Shown: positions 8,987 to 17,928, counted from the first letter of the stretch. The stretch is 64,000 nucleotides of DNA from an uncultured Alistipes sp. (GCA_905213895.1 CAJMKE010000002.1:30124-94123); one strand, 5' to 3'. The notes: a model not told the origin generated them from the sequence alone. A program made the numbers and translations.

Positions 8987-9841
8987 TTATTTGGTGGTTG
9001 AACGTTGTTTAACCGCGTGCACGAGGCGCTTTACACGACGCAGGTCGCAATCGCAATCCTCCACGATATGACGAATCGTCTGTTTATCCTCGATCCCGTT
9101 GGCAATGCAGACAGCGGAGATATTGCCGCTGTTCACGACGGGCATCGGAATGAATTTGCGCCCTATGCGGCTGTATATTTCGCGGTAGCCCTTGCGGTTG
9201 TTCTGCACACCCCGTTTGATGCGCTTTTCGAGATATTGTGTTGCCGTAAGTACGATACCGACGTGATCCTCTAACTTGTTGTAAATCGTAATGAAGAAGT
9301 AGAGCACTTGGTCGCTCAATTTGTCGGCTTCGTCCAGCACGAGCAGCACCCCGTCGCGGCGTTTGAGTTGGTGAACCGCTTCGGCAACCATATCGACGAC
9401 CGTCGTGCCTGCGTAGTCCACACCCAACTCACGGAGCAACTCCGAAAGGAATTGCTTGCGGTTCCAGTATTCCGAGCAGGAGAGCGCCAGCACGTTGCGG
9501 TTGCAATCCGCGTATGCCTTAATCGCCTGCGACTTGCCGCACCCAGCGTCGCCCGTTACAGCGAACACGAGCGAATTGCGCTGCGCATCGGTCAATACGT
9601 CGTACATGCGTCGATAGCCGTCTGTTTCGACTACCACCCAACCGCGCGGGTCGTAGCCGATCTGCGACGCAACCGTGCGCCACATTTCGTCCGAAATCAA
9701 ATCCCATTTGCCGTTTACGATCTGACTGATCGTCGCCGCACTGACGCCGCGCATCGAGCGTGCCGCCTTGTTTTGACTTTCCTTGCCGCCGACGTACTCC
9801 GCGAGGCGGTCGGCGATTGCCTGTTTTTCGGTAGTTTTCAT
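8987..9841 (-). CDS. MuB-like transposition ATPase (AAA+ target-DNA activator)
   Basis: It has an N-terminal HTH-like region and Walker A GDAGCGKS. It lies immediately downstream of the DDE transposase, the classic A-B pair. Confidence 0.65.
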   Translation of the reverse strand: MKTTEKQAIADRLAEYVGGKESQNKAARSMRGVSAATISQIVNGKWDLISDEMWRTVASQIGYDPRGWVVVETDGYRRMYDVLTDAQRNSLVFAVTGDAGCGKSQAIKAYADCNRNVLALSCSEYWNRKQFLSELLRELGVDYAGTTVVDMVAEAVHQLKRRDGVLLVLDEADKLSDQVLYFFITIYNKLEDHVGIVLTATQYLEKRIKRGVQNNRKGYREIYSRIGRKFIPMPVVNSGNISAVCIANGIEDKQTIRHIVEDCDCDLRRVKRLVHAVKQRSTTK

Positions 9842-9856
9842 ATCCTTATTTTGCGT

Positions 9857-11863
9857 TTAGTATAAATCGAAAGTTGATGTTTTGCGACCCGTGATCGGGG
9901 TTATATCCTGCGCTTCGACGTCCTCGATGTTAGCACCAGCCAACCGCTTCTCGTTGCGACGGTCTTTGTGCTGACCCTGCGAATCGCAGATAAGGGTGCG
10001 CGTCAGCGTGTTGCTTAATGCAGGATTGCGCGTGAACAGTTCATCGACGCGCTCGTTCGCTTCGGCGAGCGTTCCGACCACGTGCGGCTCTAACTGCTGG
10101 CTGTTGAAGCAGCGAATGCGGTCGAGTTCCTCCGCGTCGCCCTCCTTGCGATCCGCAAGCGCCATCGGCTGGACGAACTTTTCTTCGAGTAGGAATTTCA
10201 ACGAACCGTCCTCATTCACAGCGAGCACCCGTTCGGGGCGTTCGGGATCGTATTTGATGTTCCAGCGGATATGCGAATACTTGCGGAAATTGACATCGAA
10301 GCAGTCGTAAGAGCGTTCCGCGCCGAGCAGGCGGATATTCAACCCCGAACCCTCCAATGCGTTTTTGCAACCCGTTTCCGCGCCGAACGTCAGTAGATAC
10401 TGCTCGTCGGTCATCGGTAGCCGTCGCTCGGCGGGAACGCAGCCCCACGCTGCGACGAACTTGTCCCGCTTCGCCGCCCGCTCGCGCTCGATGATCCACG
10501 CGATCTGCGCGCGGCATTCTTCCTCGTTGGGGAACTGCTTGCGCAGCAGGTTGAGCGCGTCGGCGTTCGGTTGCAGATTCTTGTTCGACGTGATGCCGAA
10601 GCCCGACCAGTTCGGGCACAACTGGCAATACTTTTTATTGAGGGTGAGGAAATAGCGTTCGATCGGTTTTGCTTTGGCATTGCCGACACGTGCGGGCGTT
10701 ACCTTGTCGCCACTCACGCCGTAGATCGGCGTCATCGCTTTCATCGCGTAGTGGTCGCTTTGGATTTGCAGTGCGCGGTAGCGTTTGCCGAACAGTTCGC
10801 AGGTGTGGTTGGCTGCGTTGCGCAGGGCTTCGGTGATAAGCGCCGCACACTCTTGTTCGCCGACGGCATATCCGATCGGGTATTTGTTGAACACGTCGAG
10901 CACCACAACCACCGTCAAACGGTTCGAGTAAGTCGTTACGGTCTTTCCCTTGCGTGTCGTCGTTTTCTGATAATACAACTCGGCGTCCCAGCCGTCGAGC
11001 GACCACATATAAAGCGGAGCGGTCGGCGCGGAACGCTTGACCTGCATTGCCCGCTGGTTGTAAAACTCTTTCGCGCCGAGCCGTCCTGCGGCGGTTTCGA
11101 GATCGTACCGTTTGCGCCACGTTTTCAGCGCCGACGCCGTGATTGTAGACCACTCCATTTTTTCGGCGATGATATTGTAGAGCATTGCGATCTGCTCGTT
11201 GTCGAGGTTGCGGTGGTCGGACATCAGGCGAATAATGATCGACCGCTGTTCGTCCGTGCGGATCGACGAGGCATTTGCGTTTTGGAACTTGCCCGATACG
11301 AGGATTTCGTAATTCGGCTGACCGCCGCGATAGAACTCGTTGAACTTATCCTGTAAGCGGCGCGGGTTTTCGGGCAGCGAGTGCGGGAACTTGTCGGCGA
11401 TGCGCGGCAGAGCTTGCGCTGCGCGACGCCAAAAATCCGACCTGCGCAGGCGCGGTTTGCTGACGCTCGCGCGGCGGGAATCGGCGCGCTCGATCACCGA
11501 GCGGAACGCCGCCAGTATCGAAGCGTTATTCGTGTATTCGATCTGCTTGTCGTAATTCAAACCCCGCACGTCGTCGATCTTATAATCGGCGTAGAACTGC
11601 GCCGCAACACCGTCGGGCGTGATGCTGTCGATAAACTCGCGGCTTTCTGCCTGCGCCCGAAGATCGGGGTAACGACGGTAAACTTCGACACGGTATTTCG
11701 TCGGCAGACTATCTGGGATATACAATGCCTCTGATCCCCTACAACCACGACGGACTTGCTGTATCTTTCCCTCTGCAACCCACTTTTTGATAAGCGAGGC
11801 GCTCATTATACCGTCGGTCAATTCTGCGTATGAAATACAATATTTTCCGTTATAGAGTTCCAT
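9857..11863 (-). CDS. MuA-like DDE transposase (rve/Mu transposase family)
   Basis: The 668-aa protein has an LDGWDAELYY region typical of a Mu-transposase catalytic core. It is paired with the B-like ATPase. Confidence 0.75.
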   Translation of the reverse strand: MELYNGKYCISYAELTDGIMSASLIKKWVAEGKIQQVRRGCRGSEALYIPDSLPTKYRVEVYRRYPDLRAQAESREFIDSITPDGVAAQFYADYKIDDVRGLNYDKQIEYTNNASILAAFRSVIERADSRRASVSKPRLRRSDFWRRAAQALPRIADKFPHSLPENPRRLQDKFNEFYRGGQPNYEILVSGKFQNANASSIRTDEQRSIIIRLMSDHRNLDNEQIAMLYNIIAEKMEWSTITASALKTWRKRYDLETAAGRLGAKEFYNQRAMQVKRSAPTAPLYMWSLDGWDAELYYQKTTTRKGKTVTTYSNRLTVVVVLDVFNKYPIGYAVGEQECAALITEALRNAANHTCELFGKRYRALQIQSDHYAMKAMTPIYGVSGDKVTPARVGNAKAKPIERYFLTLNKKYCQLCPNWSGFGITSNKNLQPNADALNLLRKQFPNEEECRAQIAWIIERERAAKRDKFVAAWGCVPAERRLPMTDEQYLLTFGAETGCKNALEGSGLNIRLLGAERSYDCFDVNFRKYSHIRWNIKYDPERPERVLAVNEDGSLKFLLEEKFVQPMALADRKEGDAEELDRIRCFNSQQLEPHVVGTLAEANERVDELFTRNPALSNTLTRTLICDSQGQHKDRRNEKRLAGANIEDVEAQDITPITGRKTSTFDLY

Positions 11864-11974
11864 ATCCTTACTCTTTGTCGCTCCCGTGTCGGTATCGCTC
11901 CGAACAACGCCTGTGCGTTCACGGGATTTGCCTGTTTTATCCTTTCAAAAGATTAAGTTTCAAATTCTTAAAGC

Positions 11975-12688
11975 CTAAAATTGAAAAGCGGACACCGCGC
12001 GCACGTAGTAGTTGAGGTTCTTAGCGAGGTCGTCCGCGTACCCGTTGCCCATAGCCACGCCCCACGCGCACCGATTATCATTTTCGCAGGCGATACTTGA
12101 CCAGTAGAACCCCATCACCATAGGCGGCAACCCCATAGTCAGGAAGCAGGCGTTTACCTCTGCGATATTGTCTGCGATGATCTTCAACTGCGCCACCGTC
12201 GGCAGGTGCCATTTGCCTGCTCCGATACTGCCGTGCGAATACTTGCGGCAAAAGTCGGCAGCGGGCGAACCAATGAAATTGTATTGCGTATCTCCGTCCG
12301 AATCGACGTGTAACGCGTCCGAGTATTTTTCGATGATGCGGTCGGTGGCTTGTGCAGCATCGAGCGACTCCTTGTCGGTAATAAGTTCGACATCTTCCCG
12401 ACCGCTGTCGGCGGGGCTCCACTGTGCTGCAATCGTATTGTGCGGGGCAATTACGAATGCGGCTGTATTCGTGATAATTACAACTCCCACATCTGCCGAA
12501 TGATTATGATCCCAATCCTGCCGCTCAACGAGTTTCAACTTGTTGCAATCTTCAATCAAGCACCATACGCCGATCGGGCGCTTTTTGAATTGCTCCTCTC
12601 CGAAAAGGGCATGTAACACCTCACGACCTTGCCCACCAGTGCGTCCGTACAAGTCGCACACTTGATCCTTTGTTAATTTTACCTCCAT
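11975..12688 (-). CDS. Hypothetical phage early protein
   Basis: The 237-aa ORF lies between the ner-like gene and the transposase. No motif was recognised. Confidence 0.4.
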   Translation of the reverse strand: MEVKLTKDQVCDLYGRTGGQGREVLHALFGEEQFKKRPIGVWCLIEDCNKLKLVERQDWDHNHSADVGVVIITNTAAFVIAPHNTIAAQWSPADSGREDVELITDKESLDAAQATDRIIEKYSDALHVDSDGDTQYNFIGSPAADFCRKYSHGSIGAGKWHLPTVAQLKIIADNIAEVNACFLTMGLPPMVMGFYWSSIACENDNRCAWGVAMGNGYADDLAKNLNYYVRAVSAFQF

Positions 12689-12713
12689 AACAATCTGTTT
12701 TATTGAGTTGTGT

Positions 12714-12935
12714 CTAAATCTTGTCGACCCGAAGTCCGTTTGCGGTCATTTCAAGCAAATAACCGTTGCGTACAAAATCATTTATCAAGGACGGGGCGCA
12801 TTTGGAAATATGAATCGTGTAGTTCATCGATCCGATGTTTTCCACAAAGTGGTTTAACGTGCCGTTGATATGCACCGTCGTTGAGTGATGCCGAGCAATT
12901 ATATCTATTGCCGTATTGAAATGCTCCTGCGTCAT
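12714..12935 (-). CDS. Hypothetical phage early protein
   Basis: The 73-aa ORF is in the early operon. Confidence 0.3.
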   Translation of the reverse strand: MTQEHFNTAIDIIARHHSTTVHINGTLNHFVENIGSMNYTIHISKCAPSLINDFVRNGYLLEMTANGLRVDKI

Positions 12936-12938
12936 AAC

Positions 12939-13115
12939 TCACGCGACCTCGAAGTCGATTTGTCCCAGCATCGGGTCTGTTTCATACATTCGTTGCATAA
13001 ACTCCTCCGATGCCGTAAATTCTATTGCATAGCCGTCGAACGAAAAGGGCTTTTTATACACGAGCAGGTGCGACGCCAGCCGCGCGAGCATTTTATTTGT
13101 GCTGTAAGTTTTCAT
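12939..13115 (-). CDS. Hypothetical small phage early protein
   Basis: The start is taken at the internal Met (MKTYSTNK) to avoid overlapping the upstream gene. Confidence 0.25.
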   Translation of the reverse strand: MKTYSTNKMLARLASHLLVYKKPFSFDGYAIEFTASEEFMQRMYETDPMLGQIDFEVA

Positions 13116-13122
13116 CTCGCTA

Positions 13123-13335
13123 CTATTTGAGTTCGTTGATTGCTTTTTCCAAATTCGGACGCACCCATGATTCGAGGTAAATCTGTACCCGCCCGCGGAT
13201 AACCTCTGCTGTTTCGGGGTCGATCTTCTTGTCGAAGCCCACCAAATCAAACAAACACGTGTAATTGTTGAGGTGATCCGCCGACAGGCGTTCCTGCACC
13301 ACTTCGAGTAATTGTCTTGTTGCTACTTTTTTCAT
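13123..13335 (-). CDS. Hypothetical small phage early protein
   Basis: The 70-aa ORF is tightly packed after the ner-like gene. Confidence 0.3.
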   Translation of the reverse strand: MKKVATRQLLEVVQERLSADHLNNYTCLFDLVGFDKKIDPETAEVIRGRVQIYLESWVRPNLEKAINELK

Positions 13336-13345
13336 TGTTTTGCGA

Positions 13346-13525
13346 TTATTTGTTGTTTGTATTATTCACTACTACACCGCCACGTTTGATTGCGGCGGCT
13401 CTGATCTTCTTTGCAAGTGTGGTATTTGTCTGACCCCGAAGCGCAGCACGCACTGTCGGGAGGCTCGTTTTGAACATATTAGCGAGATACTGTCGCTCGC
13501 CATATTCAACTAATACCTTTGCCAT
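13346..13525 (-). CDS. Ner/Cro-like small HTH DNA-binding protein (59 aa; absent from the ORF track because it is under 60 aa)
   Basis: Hand translation of the reverse complement gives MAKVLVEYGERQYLANMFKTSLPTVRAALRGQTNTTLAKKIRAAAIKRGGVVVNNTNNK. It is the first gene of the early operon, divergent from the CI-like gene. Confidence 0.45.
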   Translation of the reverse strand: MAKVLVEYGERQYLANMFKTSLPTVRAALRGQTNTTLAKKIRAAAIKRGGVVVNNTNNK

Positions 13526-13660
13526 TTCTCTGTTTTTAATTATTTTACTATCTTTGTTCGCAAACTTTCATTTGTGAAAGCCTTTGCAAATATATACGCA
13601 TTTTGCGTAATAAACAAGAAAGATAGTAAATTGTTTCGCAATATGAGTAAAAAAGATATG
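13526..13660. promoter_or_regulatory. Divergent repressor / ner-like switch region with repeated TTTGCR / YGCAAA half-sites and an imperfect palindrome
   Basis: The palindrome is GCAAACTTTCATTTGTGAAAGCCTTTGC. TTTGC(A/G) / CGCAA(A) motifs occur at about 13558, 13589, 13607 and 13656. Confidence 0.35.
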
Positions 13661-14284
13661 TTGCAATGCCTAATAGACTATTATTCAGGTGGGAATAAAA
13701 CGCAGTTTGCCAATAAATTAGGCATATCGCCACAAGGATTGAGCAGTTGGTATAGCCGAAATACTTTCGATATAGAATTGATTTACGCAAAATGCGAAGG
13801 TGTATCAGCTCAATGGCTATTAACAGGTCAAGGCGATATGCTACGATCTGATGCCGAAGCACAAATTGCCGCAGCAGAACCCGTAACCATCGGAGGCATT
13901 CCCCTGATCCCGATCGAGGCGATGGCAGGTGTACTGTCAGGCAATAGCGCGCAAGTGATGGAGCGAGATTGCGAGCACTACAATATCCCGATGTTCAAAG
14001 GGGCGGAGTTCTTGATCCGCATAAGCGGCGATTCGATGCAGCCGAAGTATTACAGCGGTGATATAGTAGCCTGCAAGCGTCTACCGCTCGATACGTTCTT
14101 TCAGTGGAATCGGGTTTATGTAGTCGATAGCGAGCAGGGGGTAATCATCAAACGTGTGCGACGCGGAAGCGACGACCGACACATCGTTTTCGTATCGGAC
14201 AACACCGCATACGAGCCGTTCGAGTTGCCATTGGAGAAAATATATTCGATAGCCCTTGTAGTAGGTGTCGTAAGAGCCGAATAA
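13574..14284 (+). CDS. Phage CI/LexA-like repressor (N-terminal XRE HTH plus C-terminal S24 peptidase domain)
   Basis: The HTH is TQFANKLGISPQGLSSWYS. The S24 catalytic motif is GDSMQP with a downstream lysine (IIKRV). The true start may be an internal Met at 13643. Confidence 0.75.
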   Translation: MKAFANIYAFCVINKKDSKLFRNMSKKDMLQCLIDYYSGGNKTQFANKLGISPQGLSSWYSRNTFDIELIYAKCEGVSAQWLLTGQGDMLRSDAEAQIAAAEPVTIGGIPLIPIEAMAGVLSGNSAQVMERDCEHYNIPMFKGAEFLIRISGDSMQPKYYSGDIVACKRLPLDTFFQWNRVYVVDSEQGVIIKRVRRGSDDRHIVFVSDNTAYEPFELPLEKIYSIALVVGVVRAE

Positions 14285-14900
14285 GAGTAAAATATACCCT
14301 TTTTTAGGGCTGTAAAAAGAAATATGCGTGCATATTTCACTGTAAAACAGTGTATTATGTGCACATTTTCCATTGCGAAATACTTGTCGAAAAAGTGCAT
14401 TAAAGGGGGGCGAATCACTGAAAAACGCCCAATTTTGCCCCGTTTTTTTGCATTATAGGGGTTGTTATCCGTCAAAATTTGCACCCCAAAAGTAACCCCA
14501 ATGGTAACTCCATTGTCATTTTTAGGGCATTTTCAAGCAAAACGAAATGTACAATTTCAGTTTGCGGGCGTGTTATTCAAGCGGCATTCAAACGTCGTTT
14601 AGGTAATATTTGAACACCTTGTCGTTTTGCCCGATTTTAGGCGATTTCGCGGTGTTACGGCATTCTTGCCGATATTCGGGCATAGAAAAGGGGCGAAACC
14701 GTAGTAACGCCCCGCAATATCCAAGCAAAATACAACTTATCGCCTCAACCGATCGTGCGGAATACAAGCAAAATCCAAGCAAATACACATTTCGTTTGCG
14801 CGCCGAAATTTTGTCGTTCTATCGTAACTATCTGATAACACTACTGTTGTACCGCTTTCTTACTCTTGTCTATTTGTACATTTCGTTTTCCTGCCCATAA
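14285..14900. other. Non-coding AT-richer region that probably holds the prophage end and transposase-binding repeats
   Basis: Repeated motifs TTTCACTGTAAAAC, TTTCCATTGCGAAAT, GTCGAAAAAG and CCAAGCAAAAT(A/C)CA recur here. They resemble Mu end sites of the type TTTCAYT..RCGAAA. The exact end was not found. Confidence 0.3.
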
Positions 14901-14902
14901 AT

Positions 14903-14929
14903 GTCTTTAAGGTCCCTAAGGACTTTAAC
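14903..14929. repeat. Period-9 tandem repeat, copy a (GTCTTTAAG GTCCCTAAG GACTTTAAC)
   Basis: It belongs to the same unit family as six other intergenic sites in the window. Confidence 0.7.
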
Positions 14930-15029
14930 TACCCAGACAACCTTTATCACAACTCCCAAACAAACATTAAACATCACAGCCATGCATTTCAAGAAACCGA
15001 CCACAAAAACCAAATGCTCAATCGCAAAC

Positions 15030-15533
15030 ATGAAATTATACGACACGTTATTCAACGAATCGATAAATTTTCTGGAAGAACACGAATACAGCATCGATTC
15101 AGTAGATATACCGATAAGATTTGCTGTTCAATGGCAAATTCCCATAGACTGTAACAATTACGAACGGCAAAGACGACGCGACATATTGGCTTTCGACCCG
15201 ACCGGAGCAATATTGAATATGCCGTTGGATATATTCACGCACGTTTATATCCAGCGATACGGCGACCCGTACACCAAGCGCGGCATCGACGACATGAGCG
15301 AAGAGGAAATCGAAGAAAAACTGAAATGCGACCTCAGTTTGAAGGCGGAACTGGAACTGTTCGACGAAAGATTCTGCCAGTTTCAGACGCTATTGCGCCA
15401 TATACATAGGATGTATGTATTAAAATGTAAAGACAAGATGCTGCGGTTCGACGTGTTCGACCTCGATTCATACGACAAAGTGTTCAAACGAATCGACGCG
15501 GATATCGCCGAACACAATTGTCCCGGTTTGTAA
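15030..15533 (+). CDS. Hypothetical acidic protein, low GC (about 42%)
   Basis: The ORF starts at 14901 but overlaps the tandem repeat, so an internal Met (MKLYDTL) is taken. The composition differs from the flanking genes. Confidence 0.35.
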   Translation: MKLYDTLFNESINFLEEHEYSIDSVDIPIRFAVQWQIPIDCNNYERQRRRDILAFDPTGAILNMPLDIFTHVYIQRYGDPYTKRGIDDMSEEEIEEKLKCDLSLKAELELFDERFCQFQTLLRHIHRMYVLKCKDKMLRFDVFDLDSYDKVFKRIDADIAEHNCPGL

Positions 15534-15555
15534 CGTAATTATACATCGAATAAAT

Positions 15556-15592
15556 GAAAACCGGCAGACGCATTTGTTTATGCGTCTGCCGG
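15556..15592. terminator. Bidirectional hairpin terminator
   Basis: AAAACCGGCAGACGCAT-TTGTTT-ATGCGTCTGCCGGTT has a perfect 15-bp stem and lies between convergent genes. Confidence 0.6.
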
Positions 15593-15629
15593 TTCGATTA
15601 TCGGGTGGGAGTTGCGCTCCCTGTTTCCG

Positions 15630-17750
15630 TTACTCCTCGGTCAGTCCCATCTGGTCGATGAGTGCCTTGGTCTGCGGCTTGTGTCCGCGGAACTCGACGT
15701 AGAGGTCCATCGGGTGCTTCTGTCCGCCGCTTTGGAGCAGTTTGCGGAACTTGCCTGCCGTCTCGCGGTCGAAGATTCCCTTCTCCTTGAAGAGCGAGAA
15801 TCCGTCGGCTGCCAGTACCTCAGCCCACTTGTAGCCGTAGTAGCCCGCTGCGTATCCGCCAGCGAAGATGTGGGTGAATGACGGTGCCATTGCGGTGCCG
15901 GCGATAACCGGCATGACCTGCGTCGGAGCCATCGATTTCACCTCGAACTCCTCGACATCGCCCGTGTAAGGCTCTTTGAGCGTGTGCCATGCCATGTCGG
16001 TCATGCCGAACGAGAGTTGGCGCACGTTGGCGTATGCGGCGAGATAGTTCTTGGCTGCCACGATTTTCCCGACGAGTTCGGTCGGGATGGTTTCGCCGGT
16101 CTGATAATGTTTAGCCCACAGGTCGAGATACTCCTCTTCGGTAGCCCAGTTCTCCATGATTTGCGACGGCAACTCGACGAAGTCGCGGTAGACGCTCGTG
16201 CCGTTGAGCGATTCGTACTTGCCCTTGGCGAGCATTCCGTGCAGCGAGTGTCCGAACTCGTGAAGGAACGTCGTGAGTTCGTCGAACGTCAGCAGCGACG
16301 GCGCGGTTTCGGTCGGTTTGGTGAAGTTCATCACGAGCGATACGAGCGGACGAATCTCCTTGCCGTTCTCGATTTTAGTGCCGCGGAATTCGGTCATCCA
16401 TGCGCCCGAACGCTTCGATTCGCGCGGGAAGAAGTCGAGATAAAGCACCGCGAGGAACTTGCCGTCGGCATCGGTTACCTCGTATGCCGTTACGTCCGGA
16501 TGATATACCGTGATGTTCTCGGCAGGAGTGAAGTTGATGCCGTAGAGTTTGTTGGCGAGCATGAATACCGCGCTCTTGACGTTTTCGAGTTGCAGATAAG
16601 GCTTGATTTGCTCGTCGCTGACGGCATATTTCTCGTTCTTGTACTTCTCGTTGTAGTAGCCCCAGTCCCACGGCATCACGTCGCCTTCGAGTCCGAGCGA
16701 CTTGGCGTAGGCGTTGATGGTGTCGTAGTCCTTTTGGGCGTACTCCTTGGTCGAGGCGAGCAACTCGGCGAGGAAGTCGTTCACGGTCTTCGTGTTCTCC
16801 GCCATGCGGTTGTCGAGTACGTAGTCGGCGTAGCATTCGTAGCCGAGGAGGTTGGCGATTTTAAGGCGCAGTTCGGTGATGCGCTTGATGTTTGCCGTAT
16901 TGTCGAACTCGCCACCGAGTGCGCGCGAGTTGTAGGCTTTCCACAACTTCTCCTTGATGTCGCGCTGCGACGAATATGTCATGAACGGAACGTAACTCGG
17001 TGCTTTGAGCGTTACCGTCCAGCCCTTCTCGCCGCGGGCTTTGGCGTCCATCGCCATGCTCTCCTTGACGAAATCGGGAAGTTCGGCGACCTGTTTAGGG
17101 TCGGTGATGTTGTAGGTGAACGCATTCGTCGCAGCCAGCGAATTCTGACCGAAAGCGAGCGTCAGCGACGAGAGTTCGCCCGTGTATTCGCGGTATGCCG
17201 CCTTGTCCTCGTCGGAGAGGTTGGCACCGCTGCGGACGAAGCCCTTGTAGGTGTCTTCGAGCAACTTCTTGTCCTCTTTCGAGAGGAAAAGTCCCGGATG
17301 CTCGTAGACAGCCTTGACGCGCTCGAAGAGTTGCGGGTTGAGCGATACGTCGTTGCCCAACTCGGTGAGTTTCGGCTGGATGCGCATCGCTATCTCCTGC
17401 ATCTCGTCCGAGGTGTCGGCTTCGAGCAGGTTGAAGAATACGCCGGAAATGCGTCCGAGCAGTTTGCCCTGATTCTCCATAGCCTCGATGGTGTTGGCGA
17501 ACGTCGGTTTGGCAGGATTGTTCACTATGGCGTCCACTTCGGCGCGGCTTACGGCGATTGCCGTTTCGAATGCCGGCTCGTAGTCCGTGATTTTTATCTT
17601 GTCGAACGGCGGGGTCTGATGCGGGGTGTCCCACTCGGCGAGGAGCGGATTCGACGTGTCGATTTCGGGCAGTTGCACTACCGGCATCGAGTTGTCGGCG
17701 CAGCCTGCCGCAAATGCGGTGATTGACATAAACAATAAGATTTTTTTCAT
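15630..17750 (-). CDS. dcp: Peptidyl-dipeptidase Dcp / oligopeptidase A (M3 family) lipoprotein
   Basis: HEFGHSLHGM is the zinc motif. The N-terminus has a lipoprotein signal MKKILLFMSITAFAAGC, so the start is taken at that Met. Confidence 0.75.
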   Translation of the reverse strand: MKKILLFMSITAFAAGCADNSMPVVQLPEIDTSNPLLAEWDTPHQTPPFDKIKITDYEPAFETAIAVSRAEVDAIVNNPAKPTFANTIEAMENQGKLLGRISGVFFNLLEADTSDEMQEIAMRIQPKLTELGNDVSLNPQLFERVKAVYEHPGLFLSKEDKKLLEDTYKGFVRSGANLSDEDKAAYREYTGELSSLTLAFGQNSLAATNAFTYNITDPKQVAELPDFVKESMAMDAKARGEKGWTVTLKAPSYVPFMTYSSQRDIKEKLWKAYNSRALGGEFDNTANIKRITELRLKIANLLGYECYADYVLDNRMAENTKTVNDFLAELLASTKEYAQKDYDTINAYAKSLGLEGDVMPWDWGYYNEKYKNEKYAVSDEQIKPYLQLENVKSAVFMLANKLYGINFTPAENITVYHPDVTAYEVTDADGKFLAVLYLDFFPRESKRSGAWMTEFRGTKIENGKEIRPLVSLVMNFTKPTETAPSLLTFDELTTFLHEFGHSLHGMLAKGKYESLNGTSVYRDFVELPSQIMENWATEEEYLDLWAKHYQTGETIPTELVGKIVAAKNYLAAYANVRQLSFGMTDMAWHTLKEPYTGDVEEFEVKSMAPTQVMPVIAGTAMAPSFTHIFAGGYAAGYYGYKWAEVLAADGFSLFKEKGIFDRETAGKFRKLLQSGGQKHPMDLYVEFRGHKPQTKALIDQMGLTEE

Positions 17751-17814
17751 GTTTTTGTTATTTTGGTTTTTCGTATATTTATATTTGAGTTGCAATTCAA
17801 ATTACATTGCCAAC

Positions 17815-17888
17815 GTCATTCTGAGCGAAGCGAAGAATCTGCTTCGATTGAGTTTTTGTTTTAGATCCTTCGCTTCGCTCAGGATGAC
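17815..17888. other. Long inverted repeat (21-bp arms, 1 mismatch, 32-nt spacer) between the two M3 peptidase paralogs
   Basis: The arms are GTCATTCTGAGCGAAGCGAAG and CTTCGCTTCGCTCAGGATGAC. The inner sub-hairpin is CGAAG..CTTCG. Confidence 0.5.
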
Positions 17889-17928
17889 GATAGGGTAAGA
17901 TGTCCTTCTTCAAATATTTTTGTTTTAT

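Larger units (their letters stand above)
1..14900. mobile_element. Mu-like transposable prophage, partial. The head side runs off the 5-prime edge of the window; the c-repressor-proximal end lies somewhere in 14285-14900.
   Basis: Contiguous phage genes are present: terminase, DUF935 portal, MuF, G-like, Gam, MuB-like ATPase, MuA-like DDE transposase, and a Cro/CI switch. The period-9 repeat at 14903 marks the return to typical chromosome. The exact end was not determined. Confidence 0.6.
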
